Origin: an uncultured Candidatus Saccharibacteria bacterium
Lineage (GTDB): Bacteria; Patescibacteriota; Minisyncoccia; Phycocordibacterales; UBA918
Length of the DNA stretch: 64,000 nucleotides
Assembly: GCA_964493145.1 (NCBI GenBank)
Contig: CAZBMV010000001.1
Coordinates: 54,623-118,622 of the forward strand
Direction: 5' to 3'
Within the stretch, counting starts at the first letter, position 1; every line of letters begins with the position of its first letter. Below the pieces are notes generated by a model. The model was not told where the DNA came from. It searched no databases and was given only the letters and a program-made list of their open reading frames with translations. A program made the translations under genes and the position numbers. Below, piece by piece: positions 8,556 to 17,348 of the stretch.

Positions 8556-9200
8556 TTATTTCGCTTCTTCTGTCGTTGCTTCAGTTGCCGGCTCTGTCGC
8601 TTCGGTAACTGGTGTTTCCGGCTCAACTTCTGTTGCGGTGTTTGTCTCTTCTGATGCTTTCGCTTCTTCCGCTACCTTTGCTGCGGCTTCTGCCTCTGCT
8701 TTTACCTTTGCTTCTTCAGCGAGTCGCGCCTCCTCCGCTGCCTTTGCGGCCGCTTCTTCTGCGGCGATACGTTCCCGCTCCGCCTTCATTTCAATTTCTG
8801 ATTCGGAAGAAAGACTCATGAGGCGCATACGACGCATCTGTCGCTTGATTTCACGAGCAACCTTCTCGCGGATGTAGTAGAGTTTCGCGCGTCGGACGGT
8901 GCTTCGTCTCACAATCTCAATCTTATCAATGAGCGGTGAATGGAGTGGGAAAATCTTTTCAACCCCGATGCCGTCCACAACCTTTCGTACCGTAAACGTG
9001 GCACCTGCCTCGCCACCATGCTTGCGCGCGAGCACAATTCCCTCAAACACCTGAATGCGTGTTTTGCCCTTATCCTCAATCTTCTGGTGCACGCGAACGG
9101 TGTCCCCCGCCTTGATGCCGAGATTCTTTCGGTCTTCCATGTTGACGGAAGAAATGGTGATTCCTGCTACGGTATTCATGATACGAATGACTAACTGCAA
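8556..9200 (-). CDS. rplS: 50S ribosomal protein L19 with ~90-aa Ala/Glu-rich C-terminal tail
   Basis: Core region [32 protein letters not shown]...TFTVRK...[13 protein letters not shown]...[10 protein letters not shown] matches L19. The true start may be the Met at 9179 (MNTVAG...). The tail is low-complexity [15 protein letters not shown]. Confidence 0.85.
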   Translation of the reverse strand: MQLVIRIMNTVAGITISSVNMEDRKNLGIKAGDTVRVHQKIEDKGKTRIQVFEGIVLARKHGGEAGATFTVRKVVDGIGVEKIFPLHSPLIDKIEIVRRSTVRRAKLYYIREKVAREIKRQMRRMRLMSLSSESEIEMKAERERIAAEEAAAKAAEEARLAEEAKVKAEAEAAAKVAEEAKASEETNTATEVEPETPVTEATEPATEATTEEAK

Positions 9201-9242
9201 TTACTGCCTAAAATATAAACGTGCTGTACTCTAACACATGAA

Positions 9243-10004
9243 TCATTGCGTCGCAATAGACGCGAGCGCGCGCGAGAAATCGGGCGGAAGTTCGGCAACG
9301 TACGTTCTTTCTTCCCCTCTGGGGAGCACAAGTGTGAGGCTGTACGCGTGGAGAGCGAGTCGTGAAAAGCCGAGGTTGTCGTTTTGTTCGGTCTCCTTCG
9401 GTGCGTAGAGTGTGTCTCCCACAATCGGCTTTCCTATTGAGCGGAGGTGGACGCGAATCTGGTGCGTACGTCCCGTTTTCGGGAGGACTCGTACGTACGC
9501 ATGTGTGCTTGATTGCCCTAAAAGTTCCCAGTTCGTTGTTGCACTGCGGAGCATCCCACGCGCACCTCGTTCTGCAGAACGCAAGCGAAAATCTCGCGGA
9601 CTCCTCCCGATGGGGCGTTTGATTGTTCCCCATTTTTCTTTCAGTGTTCCGTAGATGAACGCGCGGTACTCCTTCCGAACGAGACGCTCGTGAAACTGCT
9701 CTTTGAGGTGTGTGAATCCACTCGGTGTTTTTGCGAGGATGAGCACTCCGGACGTTTCTCTATCAAGGCGGTGAACGACCCCCGAGCGTTCAAGGGGGGT
9801 CCCATCTTGAGCCAGCCCCGGTTCACCGACCCCACGCGCCGTAGGCGCGTGGGCAAGAAACCAATCAACGACCGTCGGCTCGGTACTTCGGCCATCACCA
9901 TGCACCATAATTCCCGACGGTTTATCAATGACGAGAACGTCCTCATCCTCGTAGAGAATCGTAATGTCACCGACCTTTTCTTCGCTCGCGTGTTGCATAT
10001 TCAT
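9243..10004 (-). CDS. RluA-family pseudouridine synthase (RluD-like)
   Basis: Contains VLVIDKPSGIMVH, HRLDRETSGVLILAKT and a THQIRVHL-like motif. The ORF-track start at 10175 overlaps uppS by ~200 nt; the internal Met near 10004 (MNMQHASEEK) is the likelier start. Confidence 0.7.
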   Translation of the reverse strand: MNMQHASEEKVGDITILYEDEDVLVIDKPSGIMVHGDGRSTEPTVVDWFLAHAPTARGVGEPGLAQDGTPLERSGVVHRLDRETSGVLILAKTPSGFTHLKEQFHERLVRKEYRAFIYGTLKEKWGTIKRPIGRSPRDFRLRSAERGARGMLRSATTNWELLGQSSTHAYVRVLPKTGRTHQIRVHLRSIGKPIVGDTLYAPKETEQNDNLGFSRLALHAYSLTLVLPRGEERTYVAELPPDFSRALASIATQ

Positions 10005-10653
10005 GTAGGATACTCTGAAATTGAGATTCTCCAAAATCGGGCCAGAGTGTTTTTGTAAAAAAGAGTTCACTGTACGCCGATTGCCAGAGGAGAAAATTTG
10101 ATGTGCGCATTTCGCCACTCGTGCGAATGATGAGGTCGGGGTCCGGCATGCCGTGAGTCCACAACATTCCACCAAAAGATTCTTCGCTCACCAAGGTCCC
10201 CGCAGAAACTGCCCTATTTACCGCATCTACGATTTCTCGTCTCCCACCGTACGAGAGCGCAACCCAGACGGTGAGGTCGGGGTCATCATAATTTTTTGAT
10301 TCCGCATCCGTAACCGCCTCGCGCAGTTTTTGTGAGAGTGCACCCAATTCCCCTATTACACGCAAATTTATTTTACCTTTCTTTTGCAAGAGATTGGGAA
10401 GTTCAGCAAGTGCCTGTTCAAGAAGTGACATGAGATACCCGACTTCCTCTTCCGTACGCTTCCAATTTTCCGTTGAGAATGCGTAGCATACCATGTGTGG
10501 AATATGCGCATCGTACACTGCCTCAACAATGTTTTTAAAAGTGGAATACCCCGCCCGGTGACCATCAAGAAGAGACTTTCCTTGCGCAGTCGCCCACCGA
10601 CGATTGCCATCCATGATGAACCCTACGCACTGTGGCACATTGTTTCGTTCCAT
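9967..10653 (-). CDS. uppS: undecaprenyl-diphosphate synthase (cis-prenyltransferase)
   Basis: IMDGNRRWA, ENWKR and RTSGEMRTSNFLLWQ motifs. Confidence 0.85.
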   Translation of the reverse strand: MERNNVPQCVGFIMDGNRRWATAQGKSLLDGHRAGYSTFKNIVEAVYDAHIPHMVCYAFSTENWKRTEEEVGYLMSLLEQALAELPNLLQKKGKINLRVIGELGALSQKLREAVTDAESKNYDDPDLTVWVALSYGGRREIVDAVNRAVSAGTLVSEESFGGMLWTHGMPDPDLIIRTSGEMRTSNFLLWQSAYSELFFTKTLWPDFGESQFQSILHEYATRERRKGR

Positions 10654-10656
10654 ACG

Positions 10657-10968
10657 CTACTGGCTTATAACTCTAAATTCATCAAAATGTTTCTCCGGTG
10701 TCCGCCAATCAATCGCGAGTGATTCAATCTTCGCGAGCGGTGAACCTGTGTTCAGTGCCTCAATACTCCCCTTGAGTTCATCGGTGGTGCCCTGCAAAAC
10801 AACCTCAACCGAACCATCCTCACTATTTCGTACCCACCCGAAGAGGCCGTGTTCACGTGCGTACCGCTCAATGTAATCTCGGTATCCAACCCGCTGCACC
10901 TTCCCCTTTACGACAGCATGAATTTCTAAAAACATACCTGAAGTATACCTGTATTGAAATAATTTCAA
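10657..10968 (-). CDS. acyP: acylphosphatase
   Basis: VKGKVQRVGYR...GLFGWVRNSEDGSVEVVLQG signature; the start could instead be the Met at ~10935. Confidence 0.7.
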   Translation of the reverse strand: MKLFQYRYTSGMFLEIHAVVKGKVQRVGYRDYIERYAREHGLFGWVRNSEDGSVEVVLQGTTDELKGSIEALNTGSPLAKIESLAIDWRTPEKHFDEFRVISQ

Positions 10969-10998
10969 AAAACGGTACTATGGTGCGTACCGTTTTAA

Positions 10999-11071
10999 GG
11001 GCGCTTAGCTCAGTTGGTAGAGCAACTCGTTTACACCGAGAAGGTCAGGGGTTCGAGTCCCTTAGCGCCCA
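10999..11071 (+). tRNA. tRNA-Val (anticodon TAC)
   Basis: GGGCGCTTAGCTCAGTTGGTAGAGCAACTCGTTTACACCGAGAAGGTCAGGGGTTCGAGTCCCTTAGCGCCCA; cloverleaf folds with anticodon loop TTTACAC. Confidence 0.85.
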
Positions 11072-11291
11072 CAAAGAAAACCCGCTCTGTGGGTTTTTGA
11101 CTGGGCGCTAAGCACAGCACCTGCGTGCTGTGCGTGAGGGCTCGAAAAGAATTTGTATATTTTTTCTATACGAAATGAAAAAATACAAATTCTCGGGTAG
11201 AAAAAAGTTATGAACGTAGTGAATTACTTTTTGACACCGAGACCTCCACCGCCCACACATACAAAAAATCGCATCGGCGGTTTTTTGTTTT

Positions 11292-11314
11292 TGTGCCTCG
11301 ACCAGGAATCGAAC
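11292..11314 (-). repeat. 23-nt duplicate of the tRNA-Arg(TCT) 3' end (TGTGCCTCGACCAGGAATCGAAC)
   Basis: Identical to 11438-11460; lies 125 bp beyond the tRNA 3' end and itself sits inside a CCAGGAATCGAA...TTCGATTCCTGG inverted repeat. Confidence 0.55.
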
Positions 11315-11439
11315 ATTACATGTTCAGTACACCTTGTCGCTATTTTGTTTCCTTACGTCACAAAATAGCTGGCAAGGTCTTCGATTCCTGGACCCAATCA
11401 CAGAAAAACCGGCATGGAGCCGGTATTTTTGTGATTGTG

Positions 11440-11512
11440 TGCCTCGACCAGGAATCGAACCTGGAATAACGGCTTAGAAGTCCGCAGTTATATCCATTTA
11501 ACTATCGAGGCA
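11440..11512 (-). tRNA. tRNA-Arg (anticodon TCT), imperfect anticodon stem
   Basis: RC reads GCCTCGATAGTTAAATGGATATAACTGCGGACTTCTAAGCCGTTATTCCAGGTTCGATTCCTGGTCGAGGCA. Acceptor and T-arm are canonical; loop is CTTCTAA. Confidence 0.6.
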
Positions 11513-11569
11513 TAACTTATCTGTTTAGAACGAACGTAGTGTACAGAGGAGACTGGCTCCCCGCAAGAC

Positions 11570-11950
11570 CTACTGCATCTCAATTCTTTCCACAACAACC
11601 TCATCGCTACTTTGTGGTTCTTCGGGCACGACGGGCTTTTCAATATACACGACCTCCTTACGTTCACTTCGCAAACGGTTAAAGATTATTTCCCTCTCCT
11701 TAAACCTGCTACCCTGTTCCCGAACCGCACGTTCGTCGTACTGAAGTGGTGTTTCTGAAACAGTAACGCCTTCTTCGCGTTCAATGATCTGCGTGTGAAA
11801 ATCGTACGCAATGTACGCAATGCCACACACAAGTATGACAAACGCACACGTTAAGCCAATCAACCAATCACGTACTGGGTTTACAAACTCCCGTGCACGA
11901 TACTGCGTCATTCCTTTTTTCTTTTTTAAACCAAGAAAAGCAAACTTCAT
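11570..11950 (-). CDS. hypothetical membrane protein, last gene of the pilMNO operon (PilP position)
   Basis: 126 aa with one TM helix; start overlaps the stop of the preceding gene (translational coupling). Confidence 0.4.
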   Translation of the reverse strand: MKFAFLGLKKKKGMTQYRAREFVNPVRDWLIGLTCAFVILVCGIAYIAYDFHTQIIEREEGVTVSETPLQYDERAVREQGSRFKEREIIFNRLRSERKEVVYIEKPVVPEEPQSSDEVVVERIEMQ

Positions 11951-12477
11951 ACCTTTTTAAATTTTGTTACGCGTACCTCGCACGCCCCCTTCCACAACAG
12001 CCCACTTTCTGTCGCACCCTTTTCCAGCCGAACGGAACTCAACACACCCTGATATGGAAGATGCTCAAGAATTTTAAATGTGTGAAGAACAGCATCATGT
12101 TCGCCCTCAATACTCACATTCACGACGAGCGTTTCAAACGTTTCGTCTATTGGCTGTACCGTGAGCGAGTTTGTCACGAGCGTGACTCGTTGTTCTCGTG
12201 CGATATCCTCAACGAGAGTGAGGAACGTAATAACGTCCGCTTCTTCAAGGATTCTTGAAGCGACAAATTCTCTCTCCGCCTTCGTATTCTCAAGAGCGGT
12301 CGTGAGAGTTGCGAGCGACTTTTTGTGGAACTCAATCTCCGCCTGCTCAGTGCTCTTTGTGTGAAGTACGACTTTTCGTTTCTCCACTTCACGAACAAAG
12401 AACGCTGTTGCAATGATGGTGCCGCAGAGAAAGAGTCCTCCGATAGCAGCAACAATTTTTGAATGGTGTGAAAACAT
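11947..12477 (-). CDS. pilO: type IV pilus assembly protein PilO-like
   Basis: 176 aa: N-terminal TM helix, coiled coil and periplasmic domain; sits between pilN and the last operon gene. Confidence 0.45.
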   Translation of the reverse strand: MFSHHSKIVAAIGGLFLCGTIIATAFFVREVEKRKVVLHTKSTEQAEIEFHKKSLATLTTALENTKAEREFVASRILEEADVITFLTLVEDIAREQRVTLVTNSLTVQPIDETFETLVVNVSIEGEHDAVLHTFKILEHLPYQGVLSSVRLEKGATESGLLWKGACEVRVTKFKKV

Positions 12478-12486
12478 ATGAATGAC

Positions 12487-13020
12487 TTATGGTGCCACGG
12501 TGACGGTAAGGGTGAACGGGAGATTCACATCACGCGCGAGGTCTGCAATGGGAATATTCGCAGCTTCAAAAAGATCGGTATTCTCCACCGCCCGCTTAAA
12601 AGATACGAGTGTCTCACGCGTTGTCGCGGTACCCTGTACTTGGATGGTATCAATTCGCCCCTTGACCTCTTGTATAAGAAACGTCTTAAATGAAATACCC
12701 TGCGGTGCACGTTCTTCAAGAGTTGCAATAGCGTGACTCGGTGATATTGTTTCTTGCTGTTTTTTTAGTTGCGTGAGAATTTTCGTTATATCGCTTATCT
12801 CATGTGTTGCGGTCGCCAACATTTGCTCTTCTATGCGCTCTTTTTCCGACACAAGTGCCATAGAGTGAATTTGTGCACCGACGAGCACATACGTCGGCAC
12901 GTGTGCGACACCAAGAATGACGGCGACACATCCGAAGAGAAACGAGAGTGTCGCTCCTGCGCGGTACATGTACTCCCGCTTAACCACTCTGTGTCCTTCT
13001 GATGGAATGAGATTAATCAT
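12487..13020 (-). CDS. pilN: type IV pilus assembly protein PilN
   Basis: Begins MINLIPSE (canonical PilN INLLP start), followed by a TM helix and coiled coil. Confidence 0.6.
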   Translation of the reverse strand: MINLIPSEGHRVVKREYMYRAGATLSFLFGCVAVILGVAHVPTYVLVGAQIHSMALVSEKERIEEQMLATATHEISDITKILTQLKKQQETISPSHAIATLEERAPQGISFKTFLIQEVKGRIDTIQVQGTATTRETLVSFKRAVENTDLFEAANIPIADLARDVNLPFTLTVTVAP

Positions 13021-14117
13021 AGGTGAGAAAAATTTCTGAGTGCAAGACCGATTGCCGTCGCGTACCCGTACGAGTACCTCCGTGTGATGTCGGGGATATT
13101 CGTTTCAAGTGAGAGAGCGTTCACCCACACCTGCGCACATTCTGCCTTCACGCCGAGTTTTTCGGTGAGATACTCGGGAAGACCGAGAAGGTTCGCGCTC
13201 CCGCCACAGATAATCACCTTTTGTATCTCGCGCGCCTCCCGATCAATATCGCGAGTGTTCCAATAGTGCATGCGGATGCTGAGCTCGTCTATGATGATGT
13301 CCGCATGCTTCATGAGTACTGCGGCAATACGCTCATTCTCCTTTGACCGAATCAGACCGCGAGTATTTTTGATTTTTGTCAGTTCAGATTCTGCGACATC
13401 GCCCAGAATTGCCCGCATGTCTTGACTCATCTGATTCCCCGCGACGTCTATTGTTGACGTGTACATGAGTACCCCGTGATGCACGATACCGATACCCATT
13501 CGCGTCTTCCCAAAATCAACGATCATGTACGTTCCGCTCAGTTCCTCGGGGACCGTCGCCCGTGCAATTGCTTGCGCCTCAATCTCAAACGCGAGGGGGA
13601 TGAGCCCGGCTTTGGTGCACGCCTCATAGTACGTATTGATGGTTGACTGCGCGTACACCGAAACCGCAATGCGCAACGTGCGATTTTCCTCGTCTCTTCC
13701 CACAATCGCGTAGTCAAAGTACGCGTCACGAGGCGAGAGAGGAACATTCTCCTCAAGACGGAACTCGAGGAGTCCCCGAATATCCTTCTCGGGTGTCTGG
13801 ATGGGAAGTGTCGTTTCAAAAAGGTACGCGCGCTCCTCCGGAAGCGATACATTAACGTAGGTGGCATTTGTATGCTTTTTCATTTCCTTGAGTGTCGCAA
13901 TGAGTTTCTCTACATCGTGTACGTTACCGCGTTCAACGACTCCGACAGGAATCTCTATGTCGCCCCACACCTTGAGTGTGAGGTCTGTACTGTATGTGTG
14001 CTCACGAACAAATTGGACATACTTGAGAGAAGTGTCAGAAATATCAACCCCGACACAGGGAAACGACATGAGGCTCGGTGGCGGAAAAACGCGTTGTACG
14101 AGAGAAAGAACCGACAT
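13017..14117 (-). CDS. pilM: type IV pilus assembly ATPase-like protein PilM (actin/FtsA fold)
   Basis: 366 aa; GVDISDTSLKYVQF phosphate-1-like start, MIVDFGKTRMGIGIV second ATPase-fold segment, operon partner of pilN. Confidence 0.7.
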   Translation of the reverse strand: MSVLSLVQRVFPPPSLMSFPCVGVDISDTSLKYVQFVREHTYSTDLTLKVWGDIEIPVGVVERGNVHDVEKLIATLKEMKKHTNATYVNVSLPEERAYLFETTLPIQTPEKDIRGLLEFRLEENVPLSPRDAYFDYAIVGRDEENRTLRIAVSVYAQSTINTYYEACTKAGLIPLAFEIEAQAIARATVPEELSGTYMIVDFGKTRMGIGIVHHGVLMYTSTIDVAGNQMSQDMRAILGDVAESELTKIKNTRGLIRSKENERIAAVLMKHADIIIDELSIRMHYWNTRDIDREAREIQKVIICGGSANLLGLPEYLTEKLGVKAECAQVWVNALSLETNIPDITRRYSYGYATAIGLALRNFSHL

Positions 14118-14177
14118 ACGATGTACTTATATTATACACGTATACGCGGGATTCTCGCCCTTCAATTCCACACAAAA

Positions 14178-14762
14178 CTATGACTTGAGGTAGAGCATGA
14201 CGGCGTATAGCGCCACGCCAGCGCAAACTGCAAACGTGACGAGAGCGAATCGCTTATTCAAGCGCGCGAGAGCGTACTCGCCAAACTTGTGACAAATGTA
14301 TCCGATAAGGATGAAGCGCCCGAATCTCCCTATGATGGACGCGAGGATAAAACTCGCAATGTGTATGTGGAGCATGCCGCCGGCGATTGCGGTGAGTTTA
14401 TACGGAATTGGGGTAAACGCCCCGAGGAGGGTGAACCAAAACGCCCCCTCGTTCATCGCTTCGCTCGCCTTCGCAAAAAGATTCTCAAGGTGGTAGAGAG
14501 TGATAATCTTTGTGCCAATAAGGTCAAAGAAAACCGCACCGATGAGGTACCCGAATATACCCCCGAGAACCGATGCGGTGCCCGCAATGAATATGTACCG
14601 CACCCAGTGGTGAGGCTTCGCAAGCGTCATTGCGAGAAGAAACGGGTCAATGAGCACAGGAAGGAACGATGACTCCGCAAACGAAATGAGACCGAGGAAC
14701 CAGTCACCGTACGTTGCTTTCGGTTTTTTCACCACACCATTGTCTGTTTCCACTTTTTCCAT
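14178..14762 (-). CDS. DedA/YqaA-like integral membrane protein
   Basis: 194 aa, 4-5 TM helices; family assignment is tentative. Confidence 0.4.
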   Translation of the reverse strand: MEKVETDNGVVKKPKATYGDWFLGLISFAESSFLPVLIDPFLLAMTLAKPHHWVRYIFIAGTASVLGGIFGYLIGAVFFDLIGTKIITLYHLENLFAKASEAMNEGAFWFTLLGAFTPIPYKLTAIAGGMLHIHIASFILASIIGRFGRFILIGYICHKFGEYALARLNKRFALVTFAVCAGVALYAVMLYLKS

Positions 14763-14764
14763 AC

Positions 14765-15109
14765 CTATTTTATTTTCGTACCCGACGGCACATCGTTTGT
14801 CGGTTCAAGGAGCGCGAGTACCCCCTCGTGACTTGCCGCGAGTATCATTCCCTGACTCTCAAACCCTCTTATAGTGCGCGGTGCGAGATTCACCACGTAC
14901 GGAAACTTCTTCCCCACGAGGACCTGCGGATCATCAAAGTACTCTCGTATTCCCGAGAGAATTTGTCGTGGAACGCGGTTCCCTTCCGCATCAACATCCC
15001 CCACATCAACCATACACCGGAGCAGTTTATCGGCCCCGTCCACAATCTCAACAGAGAGTATCTCGCCGATGCGAATCTCCACTTTTGTAAAATCGTCGTA
15101 GGTAATCAT
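14765..15109 (-). CDS. csaA: tRNA-binding protein (CsaA/EMAP-like OB fold)
   Basis: YDDFTKVEIRIGEI...NLAPRTIRGFESQGMIL...PSGTKI aligns with B. subtilis CsaA (IDDFEKLDIRTG...PNGTKI). Confidence 0.7.
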   Translation of the reverse strand: MITYDDFTKVEIRIGEILSVEIVDGADKLLRCMVDVGDVDAEGNRVPRQILSGIREYFDDPQVLVGKKFPYVVNLAPRTIRGFESQGMILAASHEGVLALLEPTNDVPSGTKIK

Positions 15110-15111
15110 GT

Positions 15112-15516
15112 TTATTTTTTCTTATTCTGCGTACGCACAATGTAACTGTTGAGAATAACTGAGGCGGCACTCGCGTCCGTCATCTCGTTCCGTCCCTGAA
15201 AACGGATAGCCTCTTGCGTGGTGTACTGCTCGGGCTCAAGTTCAACAGGAATTCCGAGGTTGAGGGTAATGTCCTGAATGAATTCTTCAACCTGCGTGTG
15301 GACCTTGTTGGGCGCGCCGTCTCTCCCCAAGGAGTGACCCATGATGATTTGGGTGACTTTTTCTTTCTCCGCAAGAGAAGAAATATTTTGCAACAGTTTC
15401 GCGTCGTTTGGAAAAACCGTATGTGGAAACGCCATCATTCCCCTATCATCACTGAGCGCAACGCCCACACGTTTCGTTCCATAATCAATTCCCATGAGTC
15501 TCATTGGGAGTAGCAT
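15112..15516 (-). CDS. ruvX: Holliday-junction resolvase-like RNase H fold protein RuvX/YqgF
   Basis: MRLMGIDYGTKRVGVALSD. The ORF-track start (15663) would overlap the tRNA-Ser gene, so an internal Met (15516 or 15504) is assumed. Confidence 0.75.
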   Translation of the reverse strand: MLLPMRLMGIDYGTKRVGVALSDDRGMMAFPHTVFPNDAKLLQNISSLAEKEKVTQIIMGHSLGRDGAPNKVHTQVEEFIQDITLNLGIPVELEPEQYTTQEAIRFQGRNEMTDASAASVILNSYIVRTQNKKK

Positions 15517-15573
15517 AGCACGTTTGGAAGTCTTCGTTTTTTCTGGTACTATCCTTGCTACAAAAGAATACAC

Positions 15574-15660
15574 GGAAGGGTGACAGAGTGGTCGATTGTA
15601 CCTGTCTTGAAAACAGGAGTCTGGGAAACCGGACCGCGAGTTCGAATCTCGCCCCTTCCG
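15574..15660 (+). tRNA. tRNA-Ser (anticodon TGA), long variable arm
   Basis: GGAAGGGTGACAGAGTGGTCGATTGTACCTGTCTTGAAAACAGGAGTCTGGGAAACCGGACCGCGAGTTCGAATCTCGCCCCTTCCG. Confidence 0.85.
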
Positions 15661-15787
15661 CAAAACTAGAAAATTCAGGGTTCTTCCCTGGATTTTTTAG
15701 TTTCTGCGCAGGAGATTCGAAGCTGTTCAGAGATATTTTGGGAGTGATAGCGAACAAAAATATCCTGAACGGGTACTGAAACTGTAA

Positions 15788-15811
15788 GTTTCGAATCTCG
15801 CCCCTTCCGCC
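15788..15811 (+). repeat. near-identical (22/24) duplicate of the tRNA-Ser 3' end, ~130 bp downstream; followed by a terminator hairpin at 15821-15850
   Basis: GTTTCGAATCTCGCCCCTTCCGCC versus the tRNA 3' end AGTTCGAATCTCGCCCCTTCCGCA. Confidence 0.55.
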
Positions 15812-15909
15812 AAAATTGGAAAGCCCATATACGATATGTGGGCTTTTTAGTTTTTCACACTTCAACACAGAGAACAAAATTCACATAGACAGCGTGCTAC
15901 AATACACAC

Positions 15910-16380
15910 ATGAATGAAATGGCTCGTTCGGTGTACTGGGAAGCACCGGAACACAACCACATTGAAAAGACGGGTGATTGGTACTGGATTCTCGGCATCC
16001 TCGCCGTTGCGGGTTCGGTCGCGAGCATGATTTTCAACAACGTCCTCTTTGGCGTGGTCATTCTCCTCGCGGCAATGCTCATGTTTATCACCGGCAACAG
16101 AAAGCCGCGAATGCTTGAGTTTGAGGTGTCGGCAAACGGTGTCCGCATTGAGCACGATCTCTACCCATACGCAACGCTTGAGTCGTACTACCTTGATGAG
16201 TTTAATCTCATGAATCCGCAACTCATTCTGAAGTCACAGAAACTTTTCATGCCTCTCATTATCATTCCTATTCCGGAGGAGTACATTGTGATTATTGAGC
16301 AACTCGTTTCAACACGTCTCCCCGAGGAACACCTGGAGGAACCGCTCGCGCACAAAATACTGGAATTTTTTGGATTTTAA
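15910..16380 (+). CDS. hypothetical membrane protein
   Basis: 156 aa with two central TM helices; no recognisable motif. Confidence 0.4.
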   Translation: MNEMARSVYWEAPEHNHIEKTGDWYWILGILAVAGSVASMIFNNVLFGVVILLAAMLMFITGNRKPRMLEFEVSANGVRIEHDLYPYATLESYYLDEFNLMNPQLILKSQKLFMPLIIIPIPEEYIVIIEQLVSTRLPEEHLEEPLAHKILEFFGF

Positions 16381-16397
16381 TGTATTCTTTTGGTCAC

Positions 16398-16472
16398 GTC
16401 CTCATAGTTTAATGGATAGAACGCGAGTTTGCGGTACTCGTAATCCAGGTTCGATTCCTGGTGAGGGCACCA
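16398..16472 (+). tRNA. tRNA with anticodon GCG (Arg, unusual isoacceptor), CCA encoded
   Basis: GTCCTCATAGTTTAATGGATAGAACGCGAGTTTGCGGTACTCGTAATCCAGGTTCGATTCCTGGTGAGGGCACCA. D- and T-arms closely resemble the tRNA-Arg(TCT) at 11440. Anticodon stem CGAGT/ACTCG, loop TTGCGGT. Confidence 0.55.
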
Positions 16473-16475
16473 CGG

Positions 16476-16517
16476 TATACGAAAAACACGTCACGTATGT
16501 GACGTGTTTTTCGTATA
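16476..16517. terminator. 19-bp perfect palindrome hairpin (TATACGAAAAACACGTCAC-GTAT-GTGACGTGTTTTTCGTATA) directly after the tRNA
   Basis: Seen directly; symmetric A/T runs allow bidirectional termination or processing. Confidence 0.5.
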
Positions 16518-16794
16518 GCACGCAAACTGCTTTGCGTGCGTACAGTGGTGCCAAGTGGAACCATGTTTCGGCTATTACTAATGCCGAAACAGGCGAGCTC
16601 GGGGTGAGAAGCGAATACTTGGAGCTTCGCAAGACCTTGAGCACGCTAGTGCGAAAGGTGTACCGCTTCTGTAAGAAGAAAGTGCTTACTATTTTGGAAA
16701 CGAAGTAGAACAAAATAGTTAGCAACTTGACCCCACCGTGCCCTCATCAGCCGCAACCAAAATCTAGCGTCTATTGCTTGCTTCAAAACTTAGT

Positions 16795-16864
16795 GCGGGA
16801 TGCGAGAATCGAACTCGCGTCTGATGCTTGGGAAGCATCCATCCTGCCACTAAACGAATCCCGC
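16795..16864 (-). tRNA. tRNA-Gly (anticodon CCC)
   Basis: RC reads GCGGGATTCGTTTAGTGGCAGGATGGATGCTTCCCAAGCATCAGACGCGAGTTCGATTCTCGCATCCCGCA. Confidence 0.85.
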
Positions 16865-16910
16865 GCTAAGTTTTGAACTCGGGAAACAAAATGTCTGGGA
16901 GACATTTTGT

Positions 16911-16935
16911 CATCCTGCCACTGAACGATACCCGC
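16911..16935 (-). repeat. 21/25 duplicate of the tRNA-Gly 5' region, next to the palindrome ACAAAATGTC-TGGGA-GACATTTTGT
   Basis: CATCCTGCCACTGAACGATACCCGC versus the tRNA segment CATCCTGCCACTAAACGAATCCCGC. Confidence 0.45.
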
Positions 16936-16968
16936 GTCGCATAATAGTAACGCACGTAAACTATTATG

Positions 16969-17000
16969 CAAAACCCCGTGCTTCGCACGGGGTTTTGTTT
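16969..17000. terminator. intrinsic terminator (AAAACCCCGTGC-TTCG-GCACGGGGTTTTGTTTT) after rpsT
   Basis: Perfect stem, flanking A/T runs, 3 nt from the rpsT stop. Confidence 0.65.
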
Positions 17001-17002
17001 TG

Positions 17003-17269
17003 CTACTTCGCTCCCTTCTTGAGTGAGGCGACGAGGCGGGACTTCTTGCGGTCGGCGGTGTTTGATTTGATGATGCCGCGGTTTGTCGCTTTATCTATTG
17101 CCTTAAATACTTGCGGGAGGAGTGCTTCTGCCTCTTTGGTGTTTCCCTTCGTGACGTGGTCTCGGTACACCTTCACGGTGTCGTGGAGGATTGCCTTTCT
17201 TCGTACGTTGTACACACGCTTCTTAAGAGACGTGCGGTGTGCCTTCTTTGCGTTTGTGGTGATTGCCAT
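17003..17269 (-). CDS. rpsT: 30S ribosomal protein S20
   Basis: 88 aa, MAITTNAKKAHRTSLKKRVYNVRRKA...; basic throughout and matches the S20 pattern. Confidence 0.85.
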   Translation of the reverse strand: MAITTNAKKAHRTSLKKRVYNVRRKAILHDTVKVYRDHVTKGNTKEAEALLPQVFKAIDKATNRGIIKSNTADRKKSRLVASLKKGAK

Positions 17270-17348
17270 ATGTGAGCGATACTATAGCGTATGGTGGGGT
17301 GATTGGCAATCAAATTCAACCTAAATGACACAATCTTGTTACACTCAC

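Noticed and set aside
16295-16725. ORFs 16295..16708 (+) and 16402..16725 (-), 137 and 107 aa
   Set aside because: Both run straight through the tRNA at 16398-16472 and the 19-bp palindrome; they are spurious reading frames over RNA genes. The same applies to 8005..8427 (through tRNA-Leu), 15485..15877 (through tRNA-Ser), 16783..16971 (tRNA-Gly) and 21213..21476 (tRNA-Lys).
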